Notes: generated by a model not told the origin, from the sequence alone. DNA of 64,000 nucleotides from an uncultured Desulfobacter sp. (GCA_963665095.1 OY762069.1:1888001-1952000), one strand, 5' to 3'. Shown: positions 19,841 through 31,237, counted from the stretch's first letter. A program made the numbers and translations.

Positions 19841-20784
19841 AAAATACCCGCATCATTTTTATGGGAACCCCGGAGTTCTGCATCCCGGCCCTAAAGGCTC
19901 TGGCAGAAGAGCCGGGGTTTGACGTTTTACTGGCCGTCACCCAGCCGGACCGTCCCAAAGGCCGTGGTAAAAAGCTTACCCCCTCTGCCGTCAAAAAAAC
20001 GGCCATGGAACTTGGCATTGAAGTTTTTCAACCCGAAAAAATTAACACGGATGACGGCATACATAAGCTAAAGCTGCTGGAGCCTGATTTTTTTGTTGTG
20101 GTGGCCTACGGACAGATTCTTTCAAAAAAAATTCTGGATATCCCCAAGGTCTATCCCATCAACATCCATGCATCCATTCTGCCGCAGTACAGAGGTGCCG
20201 CCCCCATTCAGGCAGCAGTCAAGAACATGGACAAAAAAAGCGGTGTCACCACCATGGTGATGGCAGAGAAAATGGATGCAGGCGATATCCTTTTATGTGA
20301 AAAAACGATTGTGGATCCGGAAGAGACAGCTGCCGACCTGCATGACAGACTATCTCTCATTGGCGGCCGGCTGATTGTGAAAACCATCCATGAGATCAAC
20401 CAAGGTGTACTTGAACCCGTCCCCCAGGATCATCCAAACGCAAGTTACGTCTCATTGCTGAAAAAATCAGATGGCCGCATCAACTGGCATACGTCGGCCA
20501 AAGCGATCTGTGCCCACATCAATGCCATGACACCCTGGCCCGGAGCATTTTCAGAGCTTTCAGGCAACCGTCTGAAAATATTTAAAGCCCGGCCATCCAC
20601 AGCGTTCACTGGATCTTCCCCAAAGCCGGGAACCATTCTGTCCTGTAGCGATGACGGTATTTTTGTGGCATCAGATGCAGGCGTGGTCCAGATTCTTGAA
20701 CTGATGGGGAATTCGGGCAAACGGCTGGATGCGGCATCTTTTCTCAGGGGACATAAAATAGACCTGCCTGCCGGGCTTGAATAA
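19837..20784 (+). CDS. fmt: Methionyl-tRNA formyltransferase
   Basis: [17 protein letters not shown] and [16 protein letters not shown] motifs; follows def. Confidence 0.97.
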   Translation: MKNTRIIFMGTPEFCIPALKALAEEPGFDVLLAVTQPDRPKGRGKKLTPSAVKKTAMELGIEVFQPEKINTDDGIHKLKLLEPDFFVVVAYGQILSKKILDIPKVYPINIHASILPQYRGAAPIQAAVKNMDKKSGVTTMVMAEKMDAGDILLCEKTIVDPEETAADLHDRLSLIGGRLIVKTIHEINQGVLEPVPQDHPNASYVSLLKKSDGRINWHTSAKAICAHINAMTPWPGAFSELSGNRLKIFKARPSTAFTGSSPKPGTILSCSDDGIFVASDAGVVQILELMGNSGKRLDAASFLRGHKIDLPAGLE

Positions 20785-20786
20785 CC

Positions 20787-22154
20787 ATGACCATAGACCC
20801 TCGCCATATGGCTTTCAGCCTGATTGAATCGGCACAAAAGCCCCTTTTGACCCTTGACCGGGCTGTTGAAGAAGCAAAGGAGCAGCTTGACCAGATGGAC
20901 CGCAAGGACAGAAATCTTTGCAACGCCATTGTGTTTGGGGTATTCAGACACCGGGGCAGGATTGACCACTATATCCGGCATTGCTCAAAGATCCCGTTTA
21001 ACCGGATGGATCCTTATGTAAAAACCATTTTACGCCTTGGGGTTTTCCAGATTGTTTTCCTGGACCGGGTACCTGATTTTGCTGCCATTCATACCAGCAT
21101 TGAGCTGGCCAAATTAAAAACCGGAAAAAAGGCATCTGGATTTATTAATGCTGTGCTGCGCAATGTCGCCCGGACGCACGAAACCATTGACCTGCCCTCC
21201 CAGGATCAGGACATAGCCGCCCACCTGGAGGCGGCCTGTTCGATTCCCGCCTGGCTTGGCCAGCGTTGGGAAAAAAGATATGGAAATGACAAAGCCCTTA
21301 TGCTTGGACAAACCTTAATGGAACTGCCCAGGTGTACATTGAGGATAAACCCGCTGAAAACCAGCCGTGATGCGTTAATTGCCCAGATGGACGCCCAGGG
21401 TATCAAGGCATTCAAAACCGGGTTCAGTTCCCTTGGAATCACCGTGGAACTGATGGGACATGGGGTCACGGATCTGCCCGGGTTCAGTGAAGGTTTTTTC
21501 CAGATCCAGGATGAAGCAGCCCAACTGGCAGCAGAGCTTCTTGGCGCACGCCCCGGAGACAAAGTGCTGGACGCCTGTGCCGGTCTTGGTACAAAATCCT
21601 TCCACACAGCTTTTAAGATGGATAACACCGGAGAGGTCACCGCCAATGATACCGTTGCAAGAAAAGCAGGACCTCTGGAAACCGAAGCCGACCGTCTGGG
21701 TATTGACATTATTCGCACGTCCTGCGTGGACATGACCAGGGCATGCATCAACGACTTTTCCGGCTATTTTGACCGGGTACTGGTGGATGCCCCCTGCTCC
21801 GGCCTCGGCGTCTTGGCAAGAAATCCGGACACCCGCTGGAAACGAAAGCCAAAAGATCTTGCACGAATGGCCGCCCTGCAAAAAAAAATATTGAACGGCG
21901 CTGCCAATGTGGTTGCACCGGGCGGCGTTCTGGTGTATGCAGTTTGCTCCTGTGAGCCGGAAGAGACCGTTGAGGTGGTGGACCGCTTTTTAAACAAAAG
22001 AAAAGACTATTTACCGGATCCGGAAGGGTTTGAAAATCAGCTGCCCTTTTTTTGTAATCCGGATTCTAAGACCTTTTACCGGGCCACCTATCCCAACCAC
22101 ACCGGGATGGACGGTTTTTTCATGGCCAGGATTAAACGAGGAACAAGGAGATAA
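20787..22154 (+). CDS. rsmB: 16S rRNA m5C967 methyltransferase (Sun/RsmB)
   Basis: NusB-like N-terminus; QDEAAQ, DACAG.G.K, DAPCSG and YAVCS motifs; def-fmt-sun synteny. Confidence 0.93.
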   Translation: MTIDPRHMAFSLIESAQKPLLTLDRAVEEAKEQLDQMDRKDRNLCNAIVFGVFRHRGRIDHYIRHCSKIPFNRMDPYVKTILRLGVFQIVFLDRVPDFAAIHTSIELAKLKTGKKASGFINAVLRNVARTHETIDLPSQDQDIAAHLEAACSIPAWLGQRWEKRYGNDKALMLGQTLMELPRCTLRINPLKTSRDALIAQMDAQGIKAFKTGFSSLGITVELMGHGVTDLPGFSEGFFQIQDEAAQLAAELLGARPGDKVLDACAGLGTKSFHTAFKMDNTGEVTANDTVARKAGPLETEADRLGIDIIRTSCVDMTRACINDFSGYFDRVLVDAPCSGLGVLARNPDTRWKRKPKDLARMAALQKKILNGAANVVAPGGVLVYAVCSCEPEETVEVVDRFLNKRKDYLPDPEGFENQLPFFCNPDSKTFYRATYPNHTGMDGFFMARIKRGTRR

Positions 22155-22157
22155 TTT

Positions 22158-22808
22158 ATGGCAATCATTGCCCCTTCCATTCTATCCGCCGACTTTACCT
22201 GCTTGGGAAGCGAAGTAAAAGCGGTTGAACAAGCAGATGCCGACTGGATCCACATTGATGTCATGGACGGACGGTTTGTGCCCAACATCACCTACGGCCC
22301 CATTGTTGTGGAGGCCTGCAAACGCGCATGCAGCCTTGAACTGGACGTACACCTGATGATTGATACCCCGGATGCCAGGATTCCTGATTTTGCCAGGGCC
22401 GGTGCCGACTATATAAGCGTCCATGCGGAAGCCTGCAGCCATCTGCACCGAAGCCTTCAGCTGATCAAAAGCCTGGGTGTCAAGGCGGGTGTTGCCCTGA
22501 ACCCGGCAACCCCTTTGTCCGCCATAGAATATGTGGTAGACCAATTGGATTTTGTTTTGATCATGAGTGTCAACCCGGGGTTCGGCGGCCAGAAATTTAT
22601 TGAGTCCTCCATAAAAAAGATAGAAACCCTGTCAAAAATGCTCACCGATGCCGGCTCCAATGCCATTATCCAGGTGGACGGCGGCGTCAATAAAGAGACC
22701 ATCAGCGCAGTGTCAAAGGCAGGCGCCACAAGCTTTGTGGCAGGCTCTGCCATTTTCAAAACGCCCGACTACGCAGCAACCATTAAAGAGCTTCGTAGAG
22801 CGTTATAA
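22158..22808 (+). CDS. rpe: Ribulose-phosphate 3-epimerase
   Basis: [27 protein letters not shown] and VDGG motifs. Confidence 0.97.
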   Translation: MAIIAPSILSADFTCLGSEVKAVEQADADWIHIDVMDGRFVPNITYGPIVVEACKRACSLELDVHLMIDTPDARIPDFARAGADYISVHAEACSHLHRSLQLIKSLGVKAGVALNPATPLSAIEYVVDQLDFVLIMSVNPGFGGQKFIESSIKKIETLSKMLTDAGSNAIIQVDGGVNKETISAVSKAGATSFVAGSAIFKTPDYAATIKELRRAL

Positions 22809-22822
22809 AAATAAGGCAAGAT

Positions 22823-23374
22823 ATGAACAAAATGATTATATCCGTCCTGGCCCAGGACCGGCCAGGCATCATCGCCAGTGTAACCACTGATCTTTGCGAT
22901 CTTGGCTGCAACCTTGAAAATGTTAACCAGATGATCCTGCAAAATCAATTTGCAGGCTTCTTTGTCATTGAGGCACCCGAAAATGTTTCCTCTGAAACCA
23001 TCCGCAGCGAACTGACCCGGCGGGAGGAGTCAAAGGGGCTGACCATCCATGTCAGATCCCTTGAAGGCGACCTGCAACCGGCAGATCCGAATAAAGAGAT
23101 ATTTTTGATCACCACCAGCGGACCGGACCAGAAAGGGCTTGTGGCACAGCTTTCCACAATCATTGCAGATTTCGGAGGCAACATCGTGAACCTGAAAGCG
23201 GTGTTTATGGGCGGCAGCAACCCCAACGACAATGTCATGTCCTACCAGGTGCCCATTACAAAAGAGATCGACTCCCCTGCTCTTTTTGCCGCGTTGCGGA
23301 AGAAGGCAGCTAAGTTGAATCTGGATATCAGGATCCAGCACAAGAACATATTTGATGTGACCAACAAGATTTAG
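22823..23374 (+). CDS. Double ACT-domain protein (GcvR-like)
   Basis: Two ACT repeats (DRPGII; PDQKGLVA); the ending IQHKNIF...KI resembles ACT partners of DUF711 proteins. Confidence 0.8.
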   Translation: MNKMIISVLAQDRPGIIASVTTDLCDLGCNLENVNQMILQNQFAGFFVIEAPENVSSETIRSELTRREESKGLTIHVRSLEGDLQPADPNKEIFLITTSGPDQKGLVAQLSTIIADFGGNIVNLKAVFMGGSNPNDNVMSYQVPITKEIDSPALFAALRKKAAKLNLDIRIQHKNIFDVTNKI

Positions 23375-23483
23375 CACTCCTGGCCAGGCCCGGAGTGCCT
23401 GTCCGGTCCCGGCCTGCAACAAAACAGGAAAGACATTGGGGTTGAAACCTGAAGTTCTTTCCAAACAAAAGGAAAACTTTAAC

Positions 23484-24854
23484 GTGTTTGAAGATCAAGA
23501 AATCATCTCCACCATTGAGATGGTGAAAAACGAAAACCTGGACGTACGGGCAGTCACTTTAGGTGTCAGCCTGTTTGACTGCATCTCCCATGACCTGAAT
23601 GTGTTCAAGAAAAACATCCGGAAAAAAATCATCGGTCATGCCGGAACCCTCGTGGAAACCTGCGATCAGGTGGGTGACAAGTACGGTATCAAGGTGGTCA
23701 ACAAACGGATTTCCATCTCCCCCATTGCCCTGGTGGGAGCCGCCTTCTCTTCGGAGCAGATGGTGGAGATCGCCCAAGAACTCAACGACATTGCCAAAAC
23801 CGTGAATGTGGATTTCATTGGCGGGTTTTCTGCACTTGTGGAAAAAGGCATTGCAAAAGGTGACCAGGCCCTGATCAATGCCATCCCCAAGGCCCTGACA
23901 GAAACCCAGCGGATCTGTGCGTCCGTAAATGTGGCCACCACCAAGGCAGGTATTAATATGGATGCGGTGCTGGAGATGTCAAAGGCCATTAAAAAAGCGG
24001 CCGCACTTACGGCGGACGACGACGGTATAGCCTGTGCCAAGCTGTGCGTCTTTTCCAACATCCCCCAGGATATGCCCTTCATGGCCGGGGCCTATCTCGG
24101 AGTTGGCCAGGCAGACGCAGTCATTAATGTCGGCGTATCCGGCCCCGGGGTGGTCAAACGCGCCATTGAAAGAAACCTGGCCACCCAGCGCCTAAGCCTG
24201 GGTCGCATTGCAGAAATCATCAAGCGCACAGCCTGCAAGGTGACCCGGGTGGGAGAGCTCATCGGCCGGGAGGTGGCGGATATCTTAAACATCCGGTTCG
24301 GCGTGGTGGACCTCTCCCTGGCCCCTACCCCCACTGTGGGAGACAGTGTGGGGGAAATCTTCCAGGCCTTGGGGCTGTCCCACATCGGCGTGCCCGGCTC
24401 CACAGCCGCTCTGGCCATGCTCAATGATGCCGTAAAAAAAGGCGGAGCCTTTGCCTCATCTCATGTAGGCGGGCTTTCCGGCGCTTTTATTCCGGTGAGC
24501 GAAGATTTAAACATTGCCGAAGCCGCCCGCCAAGGTTATCTGACGGTGGAAAAGCTCGAAGCCATGACCTGTGTCTGCTCCGTCGGGCTTGATATGGTGG
24601 CGGTGCCCGGCGATATTACCGAGCAGGTACTGGCCGGCATGATTGCCGACGAGATGGCCATTGGTATGATTAACGCCAAAACCACGGCCACACGCATTAT
24701 TCCTGTCCCAGGTAAAAAAGCCGGCGATAGTGTGATGTTTGGCGGACTTCTAGGCAAGGCCACCATCATGGATGTTCCGCATCTGGACCTTACCGATGCC
24801 TTTGTGGGCTACGGCGGCCATATCCCTGCGCCCATTCACAGCCTGAAAAATTAG
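23484..24854 (+). CDS. PFL-fold DUF711/UPF0210 family protein
   Basis: NLDVRAVTLG, VNKRIS, GVSGPGVV, VDLSLAPTP, LEAMTCVCSVGLDM and IPAPIHSLKN motifs; GTG start behind RBS AAGGA. Confidence 0.9.
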   Translation: MFEDQEIISTIEMVKNENLDVRAVTLGVSLFDCISHDLNVFKKNIRKKIIGHAGTLVETCDQVGDKYGIKVVNKRISISPIALVGAAFSSEQMVEIAQELNDIAKTVNVDFIGGFSALVEKGIAKGDQALINAIPKALTETQRICASVNVATTKAGINMDAVLEMSKAIKKAAALTADDDGIACAKLCVFSNIPQDMPFMAGAYLGVGQADAVINVGVSGPGVVKRAIERNLATQRLSLGRIAEIIKRTACKVTRVGELIGREVADILNIRFGVVDLSLAPTPTVGDSVGEIFQALGLSHIGVPGSTAALAMLNDAVKKGGAFASSHVGGLSGAFIPVSEDLNIAEAARQGYLTVEKLEAMTCVCSVGLDMVAVPGDITEQVLAGMIADEMAIGMINAKTTATRIIPVPGKKAGDSVMFGGLLGKATIMDVPHLDLTDAFVGYGGHIPAPIHSLKN

Positions 24855-24861
24855 GGTCTGC

Positions 24862-26046
24862 ATGGACAAAGCTACGCCTGCGGGCCAGGCATCTTTTCCG
24901 GACAAGATTGATTATAAAATTGTCTTTATGTTAAGTCTGGTCCACTTTACCGGTGATTTTTACTCTTCTTTTTTCACCCCGCTTCTGCCGGCTTTCAAGA
25001 CCAAACTGTGCCTGACCCTGGCCCAGATCGGGTTCATCACCGGCACAGTACGGTTTTTATCTTTTGTGGTGCAGCCGGTGGTGGGCTATATGGCAGACCG
25101 ATACGAAACCCGCTGGTTTCCCTTAACCGGGCTGCTCCTGACCTTTTTCATTATCCCGTTTTCAGGCATTGCTCCCAACTACTGGATATTGATGCTCATT
25201 CTTTGCATAGGTTCCTTTGGGTCCTCCATGTTCCATCCCTCTACCTCGGGGATGGTCAATATGTATGCCGGGAACCGGGCCGGGTTTGCCCAGTCCCTTT
25301 TCAACACCGGAGGAACACTTGCCTTTGCGTTAGGCCCTGTTTTTATTACCTGGTATGTGAGTTGTTTCGGCCTTGCCGCCATGCCATGGACAGCCATCAT
25401 CGGCCTGATATCCTTTCTCTTCTGCCTGAAATACCTGCCGCGGCCGGTGTCTGAAAATACAGCGGGCTTAAGTTTTATCAACAGCTTAAAAAAAACCTTC
25501 GGTAAGGTATATAAAACTGTTTTCCTGATCTGGCTGGTCATGGTGCTTCGGGCAGTGGTGGGCCAGACGTTTCTGACCTTCATTCCCATTTACCTGACCC
25601 ACAAGGGGTTTGCCCTGCCCTCGGTGGGTGTGATCATTGCACTTTTCACCATTGCCGGCACCCTTTCGGGCATGATTGCCGGATATTGTGCAGACCGGTT
25701 CGGGTTCAAACCGGTTTTCTTCTTATCCTATCTGCTCATGGCGCCCACCTTGCTCATGTTTCTTTTTTGGCAGGGAACCGGCGTCTATTTTGGCGCTTTT
25801 CTTTCCGGTTTTTTTGTACTGGCCCCCATGCCCCTTGGCGTGGTCATGGCCCAGAAACTTGCGCCCGGCTCCCGGGCCATGGCGGCAAGCCTGATGATGG
25901 GGCTGGCCTATGGACTTGGGGGTGTCATTGCGCCTGCCATGGGATGGCTGGCAGATATTTACGGTTTGGAGATTGTGCTGAAAGGCTGTGCGTTTATTCC
26001 GCTTTTATGCCTTATCCCCATCGTCATGTTTAAAAATATCAAATAG
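24862..26046 (+). CDS. MFS transporter (Fsr-like)
   Basis: About 12 TM segments; HFTGDFY, QPVVGYMADR and FHP motifs. Confidence 0.88.
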   Translation: MDKATPAGQASFPDKIDYKIVFMLSLVHFTGDFYSSFFTPLLPAFKTKLCLTLAQIGFITGTVRFLSFVVQPVVGYMADRYETRWFPLTGLLLTFFIIPFSGIAPNYWILMLILCIGSFGSSMFHPSTSGMVNMYAGNRAGFAQSLFNTGGTLAFALGPVFITWYVSCFGLAAMPWTAIIGLISFLFCLKYLPRPVSENTAGLSFINSLKKTFGKVYKTVFLIWLVMVLRAVVGQTFLTFIPIYLTHKGFALPSVGVIIALFTIAGTLSGMIAGYCADRFGFKPVFFLSYLLMAPTLLMFLFWQGTGVYFGAFLSGFFVLAPMPLGVVMAQKLAPGSRAMAASLMMGLAYGLGGVIAPAMGWLADIYGLEIVLKGCAFIPLLCLIPIVMFKNIK

Positions 26047-26048
26047 GG

Positions 26049-27737
26049 ATGCCCATGCCGGATGTAGTGTTGATAGCCCCGCCCATCCAGGAATTTTATC
26101 TGACAAAAAAAAGGACGGTCCCTTACGGATTGGCAGCCATTGCCGGCAGCCTTGAAGCAGAAGGGTTCACCTGCACCATCATCGACGCCTTGGCCCGGGA
26201 CAAGGTGAAAGTAATTGATTATCCTGAATTATTTTCATATCTTGTCCCTTATTACGGCCGGTCGGATATCTCTTTATTCTCCCTGTTCCACCAGTTTAAA
26301 CATTTTGGATTCAGCTATGAACATATCGGGCATCTGACAAGAAAAGCCCGGCCCAAGGTGGTGGGAATTTCATCACTATTTACCCCGTACTGCGACCAGG
26401 CACTGGAAACGGCCAAAGCCGTCAAACGCTTCTGTCCCGATACTGTTGTGGTTTTGGGCGGACATCATCCCACCCACTTTCCTAAACAAACCCTTTCCTG
26501 CAGTGCTGTGGATTTTGTATTGAGAGGCGAAGGAGAAAAGACGTTTCCAGAACTTTGCAGGCTGTTAAAAGCCCAAGGGAAATATGTTCGTCCGGATGAG
26601 GCGGCGTTAAAACAGATCAAGGGGATTGCATTTAGGGCAGATGATACAATTTTCGTCAATCCCCCGGCCTGGGTGGAAGACCTTGGCAGCCAGGCCACCC
26701 TCGATTTTGAAAAAATTGACTGGCACTATTATCAGCGAAAAAAAAAAGCAGCCATCACAGTGGTGGCATCCAGGGGATGCCCTTTTACCTGCTCCTATTG
26801 TGCTGTATCGGCATCCGGCAGCCACGGCCGGTTTCGGCAACGGCCGGTATCCGACATCCTTGCAGAGATTCAACTCCAGGCAAAAAAGCGACCAATCGGA
26901 TTCATTGATTTTGAAGATGAGAACCTGACACTTAAAAAAACCTGGGTTCTTGAACTGTTGGATGGCCTTGACAACATATTTAAAGGGAAATCCGTTGAAC
27001 TGAGGGCCATGAACGGTCTTTACCCCCCCTCTTTAGATGAAGAGATCATCTTGGCCATGAAACGGGCCGGATTTAAGACACTGAATCTGTCTGTGGGATC
27101 GTTTTCAAAGGAACAGCTAAAACAGTTCAGGCGGGCGGATGTACGCAACGCCCATGACCGCGTTCTTGACATGGCAGAACGTTGCGGCATGGACTGCGTA
27201 TCTTATATTTTAGGGGCAGCCCCGGGCCAGTCCCCGGAGACCAGCCTCAACGATCTTTTCATGCTGGCTTCCAGAAGAACCCTGGCCGGCTTTTCCGTCT
27301 ACTATCCAGCCCCGGGCAGTGTTGATTATGCCCTTTGCGAAGACAGACACCTGCTCCCGGAAAATTTTACCATGATGCGCTCCACAGCACTGCCCGTATC
27401 AGACACCACCTCTAAGATCCAGGCGTTAACTCTTTTGCGGCTGGCAAGAATACTCAATTACCTGAAATCTTGTGCTGGGACAGATACGGATCTGCCCTGT
27501 GCACTTTCCGGTAAGGCGCGTTCGGCCACGGAGTCTGGACGGGCGGCTTCAAATCCGGACCGGGAAAGGGCCAGTGACCTGTTAATCCGCATGTTTCTTA
27601 CCGATGCCGTGCCCCGGGGCATGGATCACCAGGGCAACATCTATGTTCATCCCCATTGTCCGGATTTATGCAAAAAATTTGTTGATAAAATTGGCCGGAT
27701 CAGAATCTGCCCAATCAGACAGGCGGGTGACTTATAA
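26049..27737 (+). CDS. Cobalamin-binding radical SAM protein
   Basis: N-terminal B12-binding-like domain (VGISSLF, GGHHPT, GEGE); SRGCPFTCSYC motif; FEDEN. Confidence 0.88.
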   Translation: MPMPDVVLIAPPIQEFYLTKKRTVPYGLAAIAGSLEAEGFTCTIIDALARDKVKVIDYPELFSYLVPYYGRSDISLFSLFHQFKHFGFSYEHIGHLTRKARPKVVGISSLFTPYCDQALETAKAVKRFCPDTVVVLGGHHPTHFPKQTLSCSAVDFVLRGEGEKTFPELCRLLKAQGKYVRPDEAALKQIKGIAFRADDTIFVNPPAWVEDLGSQATLDFEKIDWHYYQRKKKAAITVVASRGCPFTCSYCAVSASGSHGRFRQRPVSDILAEIQLQAKKRPIGFIDFEDENLTLKKTWVLELLDGLDNIFKGKSVELRAMNGLYPPSLDEEIILAMKRAGFKTLNLSVGSFSKEQLKQFRRADVRNAHDRVLDMAERCGMDCVSYILGAAPGQSPETSLNDLFMLASRRTLAGFSVYYPAPGSVDYALCEDRHLLPENFTMMRSTALPVSDTTSKIQALTLLRLARILNYLKSCAGTDTDLPCALSGKARSATESGRAASNPDRERASDLLIRMFLTDAVPRGMDHQGNIYVHPHCPDLCKKFVDKIGRIRICPIRQAGDL

Positions 27738-27746
27738 TTCAGCCGG

Positions 27747-27788
27747 AAAAGAAAAAACCTGCCGCCCCCAAGGGAAGAGGCGACAGGT
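27747..27788 (-). terminator. Intrinsic terminator of glnK-amtB
   Basis: Minus strand ACCTGTCGCC...GGCGGCAGGT followed by TTTTTCTTTT. Confidence 0.65.
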
Positions 27789-27846
27789 AGTCTTAAGAGC
27801 GTTTCGCGTGTAAGGAGGACGCGAAGCAGGGTCGTACAGAAGCGTT

Positions 27847-29265
27847 TTAGCTTTGTTTAGCCAGTTCTCCTGCATAGGAGGAGGAGGAGGAGGATGCCAG
27901 ACCGCCCCCGGTACTTCCGGAGTAACCGGATGCATGATTAATGGTTGAAAAATCAGGATATGCATTGCCACCGTGTTCAGTGGAGTCAAGACCCTCAAGT
28001 TCTTCTTCAGGAGAGACTCTCAAGCCCATGGTGGCATCAATTACTTTAAACAGGATAAATGCGGTACAAAAAGTCCAGGCAAAACAGGCAACAATACCGA
28101 TGCACTGTACGGAAATAATCTTAAGGGAGGTACCGCCGATGTTAAAGATACCGGCAGCAAGTGTGCCCCAGGCACCGTTGACACCGTGAACAGATACAGC
28201 ACCCACAGGATCGTCAATTTTAATTTTGTCAAAGAACAGTACAGAGAAGACAACCAGAATGCCGGCTACCAGACCAATGATGATTGCAGAACCAGGCGTT
28301 ACATTGGCACAACCGGCTGTAATACCTACAAGACCGGCCAACGCACCGTTCAAACTCATACCCACTTCAGGTTTTCCAAACTTAACCCAGGAAACGATCA
28401 TGGACATAACACAGCCGGCAGCAGCAGCCAGGTTGGTGTTAACAAAAATCATGGCAATGTCGGTGTTGGCTGCAGTGGTTGAACCCGGATTGAAACCGAA
28501 CCAGCCGATCCACAGGATAAAGACACCCAGCGCAGCCAGAGGAATATTGTGACCAAGAATAGGTTTCACGCCGCCGTCTTTGGTAAACTTGCCAAGCCGG
28601 GGGCCAAGAACGATGGCGCCGGCCAGTGCCGCCCAGCCACCCACAGAGTGAACAACCGTGGAGCCGGCGAAATCGATGAATCCAAGTCCTTCAAGCCAGC
28701 CGGAACCGTTGAACAGAGAACCCCATGCCCAGGAACCAAAGATCGGATAAATAAGTGCAGACAAAACAGCACTGTAAACAAGATAACCGGTAAATTTTGT
28801 ACGTTCCGCCATGGCACCGGATACGATGGTGGCGGCTGTGGCGGCAAACACGACCTGGAACATCCAGAATGCCAGGACCCAGGGGTCTCCACCCACTTCA
28901 AAGTCACTTAAGAAAAACCCGCTGGTGCCAAAAAATCCGGTTTTAGATGCACCAAACATCAGGCCGAAACCAATGGCCCAGTAGAACAAAGAGCCCATGG
29001 AAAAGTCCATCAGGTTCTTCATCATAATATTAACGGCATTTTTAGCCCGTGTAAAACCCGCCTCCACCATGGCAAAGCCGGCCTGCATAAAGAAAACAAG
29101 GGCGGCTGCAATAAGGGTCCAGACATAGTCGGCATTGGTCTGAACGGCTTTAATGGCATCGGCATTGGTCAGAACAGTCGGGGCTTCGTCGCTTCCCGCC
29201 CAGGCCGCAGTGATGGCACAGGCCAACGTTGTCAGGGTCATCAGTGCATATTTCATATATTTCAT
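27847..29265 (-). CDS. amtB: Ammonium transporter
   Basis: FFMQAGFAMVE, IVSGAMAER, DFAGSTVVH, GWFGFN and DDPVGAVSVHG motifs; follows a PII gene. Confidence 0.96.
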   Translation of the reverse strand: MKYMKYALMTLTTLACAITAAWAGSDEAPTVLTNADAIKAVQTNADYVWTLIAAALVFFMQAGFAMVEAGFTRAKNAVNIMMKNLMDFSMGSLFYWAIGFGLMFGASKTGFFGTSGFFLSDFEVGGDPWVLAFWMFQVVFAATAATIVSGAMAERTKFTGYLVYSAVLSALIYPIFGSWAWGSLFNGSGWLEGLGFIDFAGSTVVHSVGGWAALAGAIVLGPRLGKFTKDGGVKPILGHNIPLAALGVFILWIGWFGFNPGSTTAANTDIAMIFVNTNLAAAAGCVMSMIVSWVKFGKPEVGMSLNGALAGLVGITAGCANVTPGSAIIIGLVAGILVVFSVLFFDKIKIDDPVGAVSVHGVNGAWGTLAAGIFNIGGTSLKIISVQCIGIVACFAWTFCTAFILFKVIDATMGLRVSPEEELEGLDSTEHGGNAYPDFSTINHASGYSGSTGGGLASSSSSSYAGELAKQS

Positions 29266-29301
29266 TTTGTAAAACCTCCGTATTAAAAGTTTAAATAATT
29301 A

Positions 29302-29757
<456 letters not shown>

Positions 29758-29795
29758 TTAGCTTTGACTATTTCTGACCCATCTATAATAAAATA

Positions 29796-30000
29796 ACATT
29801 TTTGAAATTTTATAGATCACATTAATGTAATTTCATGTGTTTTAAAATTACCGGACGTAAATATTGACACATTTTTGTATTTTCATGAATAAACGAAATC
29901 CAGACATAGAAAGGAGGGCAGTATTCATGCACAAGTTAAACAGGGTTTAAAAATTTATCGGGTTGCCTCCCAGGTACCGCTCCAGGAAAAACATTTATGT
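29796..30000. promoter_or_regulatory. Repeated near-palindromic ACATTWWTGT boxes, candidate enhancer sites
   Basis: ACATTTTTGA at 29796, ACATTAATGT at 29819, ACATTTTTGT at 29869 and ACATTTATGT at 29991. Confidence 0.45.
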
Positions 30001-30071
30001 AGAATCAATGAAAAATAAACAACAGGCAGTGTAAACTTAAACATAGCATGACCCCATATATTCTTTTTTCA

Positions 30072-30101
30072 TTGACAAGAGCCAGTACCCGCGATTAAAC
30101 T
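30072..30101 (+). promoter_or_regulatory. Sigma70-type promoter of the TPR gene
   Basis: TTGACA-18 bp-TAAACT. Confidence 0.55.
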
Positions 30102-30124
30102 TTTGTACATATGAACTATCATTC

Positions 30125-31237
30125 ATGACTCACCCAACAGGCCGGACCACAGCCCCCTATTCTGTGTCACGGCAGGCGATAAACCTTATGGAAAGAAATC
30201 AAAAAGAAAATGACAACCATGCTCTTACGGCATTGAATTTATGTAAAACAGCCCGTTCCCTCATTAGAAGCCGTAACCCAGGCCAGGCGGAACCGCTTCT
30301 GCTTTCAGCCCTGGAGGTCTCCCCTAAAAACCCTTATGTGCTGGTAGCGTTAGGTGATGCTAAACGCATGCAAAAGCAGTTTAATAAGGCTGCCGAATAT
30401 TACAGCCGATGTCTTGAAACAGACCCTTTAAATCCTTTTGCCATGTCTGGGCTGGGTGATGCATACCGGGGGGTCAATGACCTCAACGGTGCCATTGACA
30501 TCTGGTCCAGGGCCCTTGATGCCTACCCTGAAAACTACCTCGTCATGACCCGTTTGGCAGATGCATTGAGCAAAAAAGGGAATCTCGCCGGAGCCAGACA
30601 GATTTATGAAAAAGCAATTACTCTGAATCCAGAGGATCCGTTTGCCTTGTCCGGGCTAGGCAATCTGTATGTCCGGCAAAGAGAGTTCCCGCTTGCACAG
30701 CCGCTTTTGGAAAAACTTGTAACCCGTCAGCCGCGCAATCCGAGAGCCATTGGTGCCTTAGCCAACTTCTACCGCAGGCAGGAAGATTTCCAAAACGCTA
30801 AAATCCTTTATAAACGGATACTGGAGATTGATCCGTATAATGTATTTGCCATGGATGGGTTGGCTGACTGTGCCAGGGGCAACAAAGAGTACGAAGAGGC
30901 TAAAACGTTGTGGGAGAAGGCCATGGAGGCAGGTATGAATAAAGCCATCGCCAAAACACGCATTGCGGATGCCTGTGTACAGATGGGTCAATTCAGTCAG
31001 GCAAAAGATTATTATGATCAGGTTCTGTCAAAGGCCGAAGACCGATTTGCCCTGTTCGGACGACTGCGGTTGATTGAACTGGAGCCAGGTGACTCCCGGC
31101 AGAAAGTCATTGATGCTGCAGATATCTTTCGGCGTCTGTTCACCCTCAATGCCTTTGATGACCGGGCAATAAGTGAATTTCACGTATTCAGAGTCCGGCA
31201 TCCGGAAATTGACACCCATATTCAGTCGCCGGTGTAG
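30125..31237 (+). CDS. Tetratricopeptide repeat protein
   Basis: Multiple 34-aa repeats (LG.A...A...Y...L...P.N). The start may be 30188. Confidence 0.85.
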   Translation: MTHPTGRTTAPYSVSRQAINLMERNQKENDNHALTALNLCKTARSLIRSRNPGQAEPLLLSALEVSPKNPYVLVALGDAKRMQKQFNKAAEYYSRCLETDPLNPFAMSGLGDAYRGVNDLNGAIDIWSRALDAYPENYLVMTRLADALSKKGNLAGARQIYEKAITLNPEDPFALSGLGNLYVRQREFPLAQPLLEKLVTRQPRNPRAIGALANFYRRQEDFQNAKILYKRILEIDPYNVFAMDGLADCARGNKEYEEAKTLWEKAMEAGMNKAIAKTRIADACVQMGQFSQAKDYYDQVLSKAEDRFALFGRLRLIELEPGDSRQKVIDAADIFRRLFTLNAFDDRAISEFHVFRVRHPEIDTHIQSPV

